A stretch of DNA of 61,481 nucleotides, counting the filler, from Dimargaris cristalligena (Eukaryota): the NCBI GenBank assembly GCA_003614675.1. It is 8 parts of 8 records of this genome, joined end to end, with 100 filler letters (N's around TTAATTAATTAA, not from the genome) between each part and the next. Parts side by side here need not be neighbours in the genome. Positions count along the whole stretch, not along the records: positions 7,732 to 15,355 come from ML003398.1; positions 15,456 to 23,073 come from ML003399.1; positions 23,174 to 30,787 come from ML003400.1; 5 more parts are not named here. One strand, 5' to 3'. A program made the translations under genes and the position numbers. This document shows, in pieces, positions 12,890 to 23,581 of the stretch; the first letter of the stretch is position 1; the number at the start of each line of letters is the position of its first letter. A model generated the notes under the pieces. It had not been told where the DNA came from. It made no database searches and saw nothing but the letters and a program-made list of their open reading frames with translations.

Positions 12890-13999
12890 TATTGGTGTAG
12901 TGGCTAGCACTGCTCTTTGAAAGAATTATGACCCCCATTAACTCCGACAGGCCGACGAGTCCAATCGTATCGACTACGGAGGTTCATTATTTGTTGGTTT
13001 ATCAGGGCCTGTGTTATTTTTTGCTTCTTTACGACTATGTCGTCCCGTCATTAGCCCAGATGACTGTACAGTACCTGTAGATGAATACAAGTAATTGGTA
13101 AAGAGACTTTCGACAACATCAGTAACTTATCACTACCGAAACTCGCTCACCAAACCGATATCAGTCCCAAGTATACTGCCCAGTCTTTTACACCAGCTTG
13201 GGTTTTCAGACCCAGGATATGTTCGATCATACCTATTTTTATTATTTTTGTTTTTGATGTATTGGAGTTCCTTTTTGCATGGTGGTTGTCACGATAATAT
13301 CCTATTCATTAACATTATATATACTAGGTGGGGTCTCTTCCCCCACAGTATCATTTAATTACGTTGTCTAATGCCCATCATTGTCAAGTTCCATTTTTTA
13401 CCGACTAAAGTCCACCACCTTCTTCCCCGGATATTTTAAATTCACAGTGTCTTTCTAATTATATTTATCTTGATGTATATATATTATTAGACCCAAGACT
13501 CGATTCCTCATTATAAATAAACCATCAAACAGAAAATCATACATTGTATTCAGTGCACTGCTCGGCCATCATTTATCTTTCTTGAAACCGATTGTTACAA
13601 TAGCACTGCGGATCTACTTACTGTAAAAGGGAATCCATACAGAAAGGGGGTACCATGGATAGCTCGAAACTTTAAGGCATTGTAGGCATCAAAAGTTTGC
13701 ACTATGCCTGGCATATTGTGGATGATTAATAAAACGGCCAATGCAACAGACATAATGGCTAACCACTTAAGTGAACATAGGAAACCATTGGTTATATACC
13801 AATAATAACGTGATATTTGCTAACTAGAGGTCCCAATGAACAGACTAGCATGGTTATATAAACAGGCAGCTTAGTGCAAGGTACGGAAAATGAGTGGAGG
13901 TATAAGTTATGTGTTAAGTAATGTTTGATAAGCTATCAGCACCAAGGAGTTCTACTGTGGGATAATACTATAACCTTCAGGCATCTAACCTAAATTTTT

Positions 14000-14941
14000 T
14001 GGGATAGAGGTCCACGCTGGTTTTGGATACCCTCTTGGGTTGTCCTGAGAAGGATACTGACCAGGGAATCTAGAAGCCATTGCAAAATAATTTGCTACTT
14101 CAGCCCTAAGTTCTAGTGATATACTGGAGAATCTGGTCTTATCAGCACAGCTACCATGGGTGATGGTGTCCACCTTATTATCAGTGATTAATTGACATCA
14201 TCCCATCTAGTACATATTTCAGGTCAATTGCCCCATACTCCAGATGTCACTTTATATTGATTATTAGATTTTGCTTATATAACCAACTAAATAAATCTAG
14301 TCGCAGGCATTTACCAATATCAACTGCAGCTCACTTGCATTCTTAATATTTTGCTGCATATCTAAAGGAAGGACTTGCATTGGCCATTTACTAATAGCAT
14401 ATCAATTGCATATGCCTTCAAAATCTAATGGTCTGAACTTAAAGGATCCAGTCGAATTCTTGGCAATCAACTTCATGATTCACTCACAATATAAATATTG
14501 TATTTTACCCTCAGCTTTTATACAATTGCCTACAGTAGGACTAGTAAAAGACTCACCTGGCTAATAATACAGCATTGCTACAGAAGGAACTACTAATAAA
14601 TCACCTGACCAAAATTCCCTGTTGAAGTGAATGGGGTAGCAGAGAAAGGGCAGATGTAACCTTCAGCAGAATGCACAATAAGGATAGAGAAGGCATAATT
14701 TGGAAGGTCATTGATACTATCCTTACATGACCTATTCAGAAGGTGAAGCAAACATTAATATGGGAGGCTTATGGATCTACAAGATAACAAAGGGTTGGTT
14801 TATGACTAATCTTCTTGTTCTGTACTTCATCATCTTAATGGGAAGAACTGCTTTGTATTAATACTAAGGGGAGGGTTACCATTGTGATGAGGCCCTACTA
14901 TTCCCCTGTGAATTAGTATTGAAAATAATATGGGGGGACGT
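14000..14941 (+). mobile_element. Decayed retroelement internal region ending in a polypurine-tract-like run
   Basis: CpG-depleted with stops in all frames; ends AAAATAATATGGGGGGACGT directly before the TG-starting LTR-like repeat. No intact domain is readable. Confidence 0.4.
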
Positions 14942-15355
14942 TGTGGCAAGGTGGTGTATCCCCTTAATTGCCACAGGTATGAATTATTACTATTTTTATT
15001 ATTATATTTATATATAAGGTATGAAGCAGCTTTTTTATCTGGTATATCCAGTTTTTTTCCCTTCCCTTTTAACCCATTCTTTCCACACGAATTTTTCCTT
15101 TGATTTTATTTATATTTCTATTGGTGGATGCATACTTTCCCTATGATTAAATATGCACATTTATGCTTGATTATTAGTGGTTATTTGATTTTATTCTTAT
15201 CCTTTATTCTATTGGTTTTATATTAAGAATTCTCTTTCCCCCTGTAATTAGTTATGCAGGTTCACTGTATACTTACTGGCCTTAATAGTTCTGTGTCTTA
15301 TACTGAGAATGGCTTGGCATTCTTAGCCATAGAGCCAAAAGTCTTGGCTTTTTTT
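14942..15355 (+). mobile_element. Putative 3' LTR, truncated by the contig end
   Basis: Starts with TG after a G-rich tract; a homologous copy lies at 1-188 on another contig. Confidence 0.55.
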
Positions 15356-15455
15356 NNNNNNNNNNNNNNNNNNNNNNNNNNNNNNNNNNNNNNNNNNNNT
15401 TAATTAATTAANNNNNNNNNNNNNNNNNNNNNNNNNNNNNNNNNNNNNNNNNNNN
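15356..15455. other. Artificial contig spacer
   Basis: N44-TTAATTAATTAA-N44. Confidence 0.98.
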
Positions 15456-15555
15456 TTTGATGAGGAAAATACTACTGGTTGAAAATAAACATCCCACCGA
15501 TTTTCCCATATACATATCGGTTAAAACCTTGTACAACTAAGCTGCACTTCACCCA
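15456..15555. mobile_element. MITE copy (subfamily B), left end cut by the contig start
   Basis: TTTGATGAGG..TACTACTGGTTGAAAATAAACATCCCACC..CACTTCACCCA followed by TA; matches 28283-28425. Confidence 0.75.
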
Positions 15556-17676
15556 TATTATTTATATAGTGAATATGTCTTTTTGTGGGGAGTCTTGAAA
15601 CTGTACCCAACTTTGTATGCCCTCTGCTACCCTCAGCCACATTCTACAAATACCTGAACTAGGCAATAGGTATTCCTTTTTTTCATTTTATATAATAGAA
15701 AACCTATAAACAACCTTTAAACCTTCTCAGGCACTATTCATACATATCACTTTTTGTAATTGGCAAAGTTATCAGCCATCTTGGTTTTTTCCTTAAACTA
15801 TATCTGTGCCCTAAATAAATAACAAATTCTATCCCCAAAGTAAACCCCTTGGCTTCCTTAGACTTCTACTAGCTATGTTACCTGGGTTAACCACTCTTAG
15901 TCCATCAAGAGTCAGGGATAGGCTTCTAATGGTAGGCAGGGCTCAGACTTGGCCAAGTGGGCTACTAGCATTAGGATGGGGGCACAGTACTAACCAATAA
16001 AGGCTTAGATGATCAGATTATGCAAGGGACATGCAGCAGGCACACTTACTAGTCAGTATAAGGGGGTGAGTATATATAGAGTTTATTGGGGTAAACTGGG
16101 GGGTAAGAATAAGCTGAGGAATCTAACTAGTCCCAATAGGGCCTAGTTATATATATGTGGAGATAACTCTAGAGGGAGGTCCTAAGGGAAGAATACTACT
16201 AAGACTAAGGTATAGACAAATGGGCCAACTGGATGGCTACTAGGACCTGGAAGACTCTACTGGTAACTAGAAGAGTCTTTGGATTAGCACTGGAGTAATT
16301 AGTATGAAGGGGCAGAGTGTAGAAGGGGAAGGGTTATATAATATACAATAATCCCATAGTACCAGGGGTGACCATGGGAAGTTTAATATGGTGCTATAAG
16401 GCCGAATATGGCCAGCTGCTTAATCTAGCTGGATTAAGGTAGATTAGAAGGGCAGACACCTATATTTACTAGATTAGTTGTAATTTATTATTTGTTAGCC
16501 TATTTCACATTACCCTACCCCTCCTTACTGACTAATGGTTTTATATGTATCATATATCCCTTTATAGAAGGAACCCATTTATACACCTTTTTTAGGGCAC
16601 AATAGATCTTGAGGGCTTGTTTGGATCATACCTTAAGCCAGGGGACATGTTATTCCATTAGGAAGCCCCTGAATTCTTGGGCTCAGTACACCTACATATG
16701 GACTTGGGCTAGTCAAACTGGAGTGGATATTTTGCCATCTGAAGGGAACCATTTCCTGTAATGGTGTACCAGACTCTAAAATATCCAAAAGAACAGTTTG
16801 CATCTCTTAGTCTGACATTGTTTAATCAGAAGAAACATACTAAACCAACATCGACCTGCTTCTTTGTATTGCTAAATTTTATTGTATCAGGTGCACAGCT
16901 AAATTAATCCATCAGAAGTGGACTTACTTAAATAATATTACCACTTTTACCTATTGGTATCTATTCGGGGTGTTCCAATAAATTGTATTGCTGAATGAAA
17001 AGTACATATCCAATAAATGAGTTGCCAAAGTCACCAAATGCCTGTTCCAATTGAAAGGATTCTAACAAACGTAGTGAACTATGGTCAACTATAGGTTTGA
17101 TGCTAAGATACTTCTGAATGACAGTGCAAAATATACGCTTAGCCCAGCATTCCATACACCTTTTTTGGAGATCTTCACTATTATAAATGGAAGCCTTCAT
17201 GCTGGGATCTCTAACGAAGCCATATAGTTCTGAAATCCCTGAATGGTCCGATTCAATTGTTGGTTTTTTTACTTGAACATCTAGTCAGGCATACACAATA
17301 AGGATTCATTGGAAAGAACCTGCGAAATGCCTGTAAGCCTACATCGGAAATCAAGTAACAATAAGATAGGATAAAGTGCTCTCAAATATCTTTTGACTAG
17401 TCATATTGTGCGGATATAAATAGGAATACTTATCCAGCTAGCCCTGTTCCGGCGTACATTGTGCTAAGCCCATTTTTCTCCACACTGCTTTTTTTGAATC
17501 CCGCCGTCTTACCTTTTCATATTTTAGTGATTTCAGTCATGTTTATTAACCACATATCTTCGAATCCGGATTTCAAGTCAACAGTTGCGGCATTCTCATT
17601 TTATTGTCAGTCCACCTGTGTTTAAGTATAGAATTATAGGCGACTTTCAGTATAAGCAACTACCATCTTGACCAAA

Positions 17677-18358
17677 ATGTGCATTTTTCCTCTCAGCTTT
17701 TCCAATATGCAGGCGCCAGCGAATGGCACAGGTAAGTGAAAGACCCTCATCAATATCTGCCGGATGCCAAACCATCATTTCCATTGTTGTGGTTCATATA
17801 CTGTGCCTTTTGCCGCCAGGTAATACAAGAGTCTCTAACTTATCCATTTGTACCCAAACTTACGTGCCACTTCTATTTTTCCTTTCCTGTCACAATTTTG
17901 ATTATCTACCCAAAGCGGCCCTCTTTGGCAAGGACAAAACCACCGAAACCATAGAGAGGCGTCTTATTCCAAAGTACTACATTTGCTCGCTCTACAAAAA
18001 TACCACTGGAGGTAATGCTTACTCCTGCGATTTTCCGCCTGATTCGGTTGGCCTCCTCAATGTACAAGACACACGAGATCACCATATTTGCTTTACCTAC
18101 CTCATCCGCCTTAAAGCGAATCACTTAGGTAGATTGATCACCTACGAAGGCGACTTTAACCGACAACTTCAAATCCTGTTGGATCGGGTTAGCCAAAGAA
18201 ATTCCCAAGCGGACTTATTTATTATCTACGCGGAGGATCTTGACCACCTCCAGGACTCTATAGACCTATTCGACATGTGTCCTATGTTTCTGGGGATGGG
18301 CCTCAAATGTTTACTTTGCAATAGGGATAGTGATATTTTAACCTTCCACTGGGGATAA
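17677..18358 (+). CDS. Orphan ~165-aa protein, paralogue 1; exons 17677-17731 and 17916-18358
   Basis: TATA at ~17414; 55-nt first exon ending ACAG|GTAAGT; AAG acceptor restores the long ORF frame. The same structure occurs in paralogue 2. Confidence 0.65.
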
Positions 18359-18678
18359 CCTCTAGCCTGCTGGAATCCTATCTCATGTGGCTCCTTCGGA
18401 GTTCCATTGGATTCAAACCATTTGGCCGGGGAAATATTACTCAATATTGGGGGGTCGTGAGACTATCCTGAACACGGCATACCCTCCTCCCACTTCCTAC
18501 CAATCCTAACTTCATTGTCGTGCTTAATAATCAAGGAGATTAAAAGCCAGCTGGGTCTTGGGAACTAGGTGCCATCGTCGCCTAGTTCTGTCAACAAGGT
18601 ACGGAAATTCCACCTTGCTAAAGGTCCACCTTCCTTCAGCTATCCCCACTACCTGATTCGTCTATTCTACATACCATA

Positions 18679-18816
18679 TGGGAGAAGTTCATCCAAGCTG
18701 TATAACGAAAAATCCATTAGATGGGGCCAATATTACTGGTTAAAATGGCTACTCCCGCATACTATCCCATACACAAATCATGTAAAACTATATATAGCTG
18801 GCTTGAATTTCACCCA
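18679..18816. mobile_element. MITE (138 bp, ~27-bp imperfect TIRs, TA target-site duplication)
   Basis: TA|TGGGAGAAGTTCATCCAAGCTGTATAA ... TATATAGCTGGCTTGAATTTCACCCA|TA. It is absent from the paralogous position at ~22308. Confidence 0.88.
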
Positions 18817-20214
18817 TATGCATTATACACTTCTAGTATTATCCACCATCCAGTACATCTTCTAGTAGCGTCTACCAGCATGGTCTGCATTGGTTCGACA
18901 TCTTAAACATTAGTATACTCGGCCATATAGAGGCAAGGCAGCTCTTATAGTTACCCTTTAGTCATTTAGTGTCCATTCTTTACCCCTTTTATATTTTAGC
19001 TCGACCTATCGATATATCCCTTTATTGTTATCAATAAAGCTCCCTTCGTATCAACTACTTGTGTATTCATCCGTATTACTCGTCCTGGGCGTAGACATTT
19101 AGTTACTACCGGGAGTATTGCCTATGGCTACCAGAACTAAGTATACTATTGTTGGAAGTGCCCACGCGGTCATCAGTGACGTTCTTTTATCACTGTTGTC
19201 CTTCATTTTTTGCACTGATATTTTAATCGGTGGTTAATCCCCCATCCACAATTGTGGAGGTAACAGAATAATAATTATTTGAGGCAATGGCAACTCCTTT
19301 ACCACAACAACATGAATAAATTTGAAAATGGCCATACATAGTCAAATCGATAATAAAATAACTGTCACCAATTGTTTCCATTACAGCAATAGATAATTGG
19401 AAGTACCAAGGGCATATCAACCAAACTGTATTAAAGGGAAGAAAATAGCTAGAGATTGGTAGGCGCTACTAGGTGGGTCAGTTTAATTGAATGGTATAGA
19501 CGATAGGGGGTATTTGAAGTGGCTAAAATGGTAAGAACTAAAGTAACTAAATAAGCAATATAATTGGCCAGAAGCAGGATATAAAAATATACCCACTGGG
19601 GTATATTTACCAATGAATTCTGCCCAACCCTTGATGAGGAGTACTGTTCCTATCTGGTGGGGCCTAACGAGTTCGAGTTTAGATTGTAGTCCTATGTTCC
19701 AGATAAGCCCATTTATTGCGTATAGTCAAAAATCGGATTCTAAGTAAGCCCCGGTATAGGCCCATTATGACAGAGACCATTCCCTCCCTACACTTTGTAT
19801 TTAATTGGCTAAGCACCCTATTTAAAATAGATTCAGAATTAAATTGGTAGCCTTGGGGTCCACGGCATACGCCGGGTATGCTTTAACATAGTTACACTGG
19901 AGAGTGGGTGGACTGAAAGCTATAAGCCACCTTTAGAATTCCTATTTACACCAACCTCCTACTCTTCAAGTAGCATTACGAAATCCTGTCGAGGCCGTTT
20001 AAATTTGCTTATCTCTCATCCCATATAAATAATAGCCACCCTTTGGTCGATAACAAGGGCTTATCTGGGTAAATAGAACCTAGTTCAACTCTTCATAAAG
20101 TTCATAGACTAGCTGCGTTGTTTTTATGATACTATCTATTAACCAATTATAAACTATTCACCTCCACTTTTCTGACTATTAGATACTAGTGAAACCTATA
20201 CACCTGGACTAAAA

Positions 20215-22960
20215 TGGACCATTTGTACACTTTATCTTGCCACGTCTCGAGGGCCTATTTTGGTCAAACCTGGTTACATTAGACATGCTGTAATGTTGGA
20301 AGGTGCCGAAATTCCTAGACAAGGTGTGGTAGACCAAAACACCAGACCCACTACCATGTGGATACTGGCTGGTCCAACTGTCGTGAATATTTTTTGTCTA
20401 AATAACCCTGCCTCCCATAACAATGGGCCAGGGCCTGTGAAATATCCAAATGACCGGTCTGCATCCCTTGGCTTGAATTGGTTTGAATTGGAAGACACGC
20501 ACTAAACCAATACTGGCGTGTTTCTTTGACCCACAGGATATATTTGTATCAGGTGCGCGGCTAAACAAAACCCTCGAGAGTAGCACTGTTTGCACAACAT
20601 TATTAATTTTACCCACCAGTACTTATTTGGAAGTATCCCATAAGTAACATCGCTGGGTGAAAGAAATACATCAATGTCCAGTAGGATGCATTAGTTACTG
20701 AAATCCTGATGCAATTGAAGGTATTCTAACACACGCAGTAAACTATCGGTATTTATGGGAGTGAAGCGAAGGGACTTCTGAAAAATATCGTGAAAAATCT
20801 ACTTGATCAAAAATTACACATCGACTGACAGATGACCTTGGTCATCGTACGTATAAACTCCCGCGTAGGTATCCCTAACAAAGACATATCTGCGAGATTC
20901 CCAAATAGGCTAAACCCATTGTTGGTTTTTCTATTTTAATATATTAAACCTAGCGACCACAACAAGGTCCCTTTGGAAGGAACCTACATACAACTTTCAG
21001 TCTTCATCGGAAACATAGTGACACTACAAAAAAGGGCATTCCAAAATGCCTCTTGACTAGCCACCGTATGTGGATATAAATAAGGATCCTTATCCAGCTG
21101 GCCCTGCTCCAGTGTACATTGTGCTAAGCTCATTCTCCCCCACACCATTTTCTCGAATTCCGACGCCTTAACCTCTCGAATCCTGCGATTTCAGTCATTT
21201 TATATTGTCCCCATACCGTCGGATCCGGATTTTATAGCAATAGGTTCATCGTTGATATTCCAGTGACGTCCCACTTGTGTTTAAGTATAGCATTTAGGCC
21301 ACTTTCAGTATAAGCAACTGCCATCTCGATTCAAATGAGTGAGCCACAGAGAAATTTACCCCGCCCATTGAAGCCCGCAGGTAGCACAGGTGAGTTAGAA
21401 GCCCTTATGAATACGTGCCTTATTTCAGACCACCATTTTCATTGATGCACTATTCGTACTACAATCATTGCCACCTCATAGTACGACTATTATTAATTTC
21501 ACCATATGTATTGATACGTGCATGATTCTCCTGATATTTATTTTCTACCATGGTTTCCAATGAATACACAAAGAAGGACCCATTGCAAAGGACCAAGTGA
21601 CTCACGGCCTACGAAATCAGCGGTTTTTTAGGGCCGCCAATATCGAGGTTTGCTATAATATCACCAAGGATAACGTAGACTACTTCAATTGCCCATCTGG
21701 TACAGTCGGCCTTCTTAATGTATCGGCTGTAAATTCTCCCAATATTTGCCAGAGCTATTTCATCTGTCTTCAGTTGAACAAGAGTAAAGTATGGGAGATG
21801 AGTGGTGTCGATTTTTCTGCGGAGCTCCGAATCTATCTGGATCACATACGCCCAGAATATCATAGGGCAGACTTATTCGTTGTTCCCCCAAACATGGCCG
21901 CGGACTTCGGGAACTTTATGAGCCCGCAACACCTCCGGCCCTTGTTGGAGGAATTCGGTATCATACCAGGTTGCTTAAAGAGGGTCGATTATATTTTGAG
22001 TTGGACCTGGAAAAACCCCTAGCCCGGCGAGATCATTTCCCATGGCTCCTTCGTCGATTCGTTGGACTCGCGTTTTTTACTTGGGAAACATCACTCTTCA
22101 TTGGAAGGGGGGGGTCTTGAAACCATCCCGAATATGGCATACCCCCCACTCCATACCTCCCTTAACCATGTTGTCGCTCTTAATAACCAATGGGATTAAA
22201 AGCAGACTGGGCCTTAAGGACTAGGTACCATCTTCGTCTGGTATCAACGAGGCGCGGGAATTCTACCTTGCTGAAGGACCTCATTCCTTCATTTATTCTA
22301 TATACCGTATTCATTATACCTATCTAGTTTTATACAGGTTTTAATATATCTTTTGAATAGCGTCTTAGAGCATGTTCTGCGCTGGTTTGACGCCTTTATC
22401 ATTAGCCTGCTTGGCTATATTAAGCCGAGCCAACTCCTATAATCAATTATTTAGTTAATTAGTGTCCATTCTATACACCCTCTTGTTGTTAACTCGTCCT
22501 ATCAATATATCTCTTAATTATTATCAATAAAGCTCCCTTCGCATCAATTACTTGTGTGTTCATTCCTTTTGCTCGAACTAGGCGTAAGCCTTTAATTACT
22601 ACCTGGGGTATCACCTACCACAATTAGAACTAAGTATAATATTACTAGAATTACCCACACTACCATCAGCAGCGTTCCTTTACCACTGCTGTCCCCCAAT
22701 TGTTGCTATAATATTTTAAGCGGTGGTTAATTCCTTATTCACAATTGTAGAGGTAACTGAATAATAATTCTTTACGACAATGACATCTTCTTTAAAATAA
22801 TAACATGAATAAATTTGAAAATGGCCATACATAGTCAAATCGATAATAAAATAACTGTTACCAATTGCTTCCATTGCAGCAATAGAAAATTGAAAATTCC
22901 AAGGATACATCAACCAAACTGTATTAAAGGGAGAAAAATAGCTAGAGAATGATAGGTGTA
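20215..22960 (+). repeat. Tandem segmental duplication, copy 2
   Basis: Collinear with 16575-19465 at an offset of ~3.5-3.65 kb; lacks the MITE. Confidence 0.85.
21335..22022 (+). CDS. Orphan ~167-aa protein, paralogue 2; exons 21335-21389 and 21574-22022
   Basis: 55-nt exon ending ACAG|GTGAGT; AAG acceptor; shares VGLLNV, IC.Y.I.L, DF..L.I.LD and ADLF with paralogue 1. Confidence 0.65.
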
Positions 22961-23073
22961 CTGCCATAGGCTCAGACGAATTTCCTTTCCCATGAGACAA
23001 CCTAGGTGTATTCCCTCGCCACATAACGACTGCACATTCAATATCCACAGTTACACTCTTTGAGCGAGTATTT

Positions 23074-23173
23074 NNNNNNNNNNNNNNNNNNNNNNNNNNN
23101 NNNNNNNNNNNNNNNNNTTAATTAATTAANNNNNNNNNNNNNNNNNNNNNNNNNNNNNNNNNNNNNNNNNNNN
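23074..23173. other. Artificial contig spacer
   Basis: N44-TTAATTAATTAA-N44. Confidence 0.98.
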
Positions 23174-23581
23174 CTCTAAGAACCGTCTGCCATCGATGTA
23201 GTAGGGATCACACTGTTTCACAGGGCGTGGGAAGTCCGTACGGTAGCAGAATCTCCACACAGCCACTGTCCACCAACTGGTCAGTAGAGCTATCCCCCAA
23301 ATCTCCTGCGTTAGTGACCTTGTCCCTTGAGTATTTGCCCAAGTCACGAGCAGCGAAAAGAGAAGACAAGAGTATGAATTTTGGTTACAGTCTCGAAGTC
23401 TAAAGAGAGGCGATTTATCCGTTTTTAAACCACTCGCCTGCCCTCTTCGCACCGTAGTTGTCGTATTTATTTACAGTCTTTTCTTGTTGCATATCCTTTT
23501 GTCACTGCTTTTGGTCTGGTTCCTCCCCTACTCATTTATTCACATTTCCCCCTACGTGATTCCCATTCCCTATTCCACACC

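Larger units (their letters stand above)
16575..19465 (+). repeat. Tandem segmental duplication, copy 1
   Basis: Collinear similarity to ~20215-22960, e.g. GGATATAAATAG/A, ACTTTCAGTATAAGCAACT, TATCAATAAAGCTCCCTTCG, ACATGAATAAATTTGAAAATGGCCATACATAGTCAAATCG. Confidence 0.85.

Noticed and set aside
16961-17200. Divergent minus-strand gene within the duplication
   Set aside because: The homologous frame in copy 2 is interrupted by stops and no start or splice structure is conserved; at most a decayed remnant.
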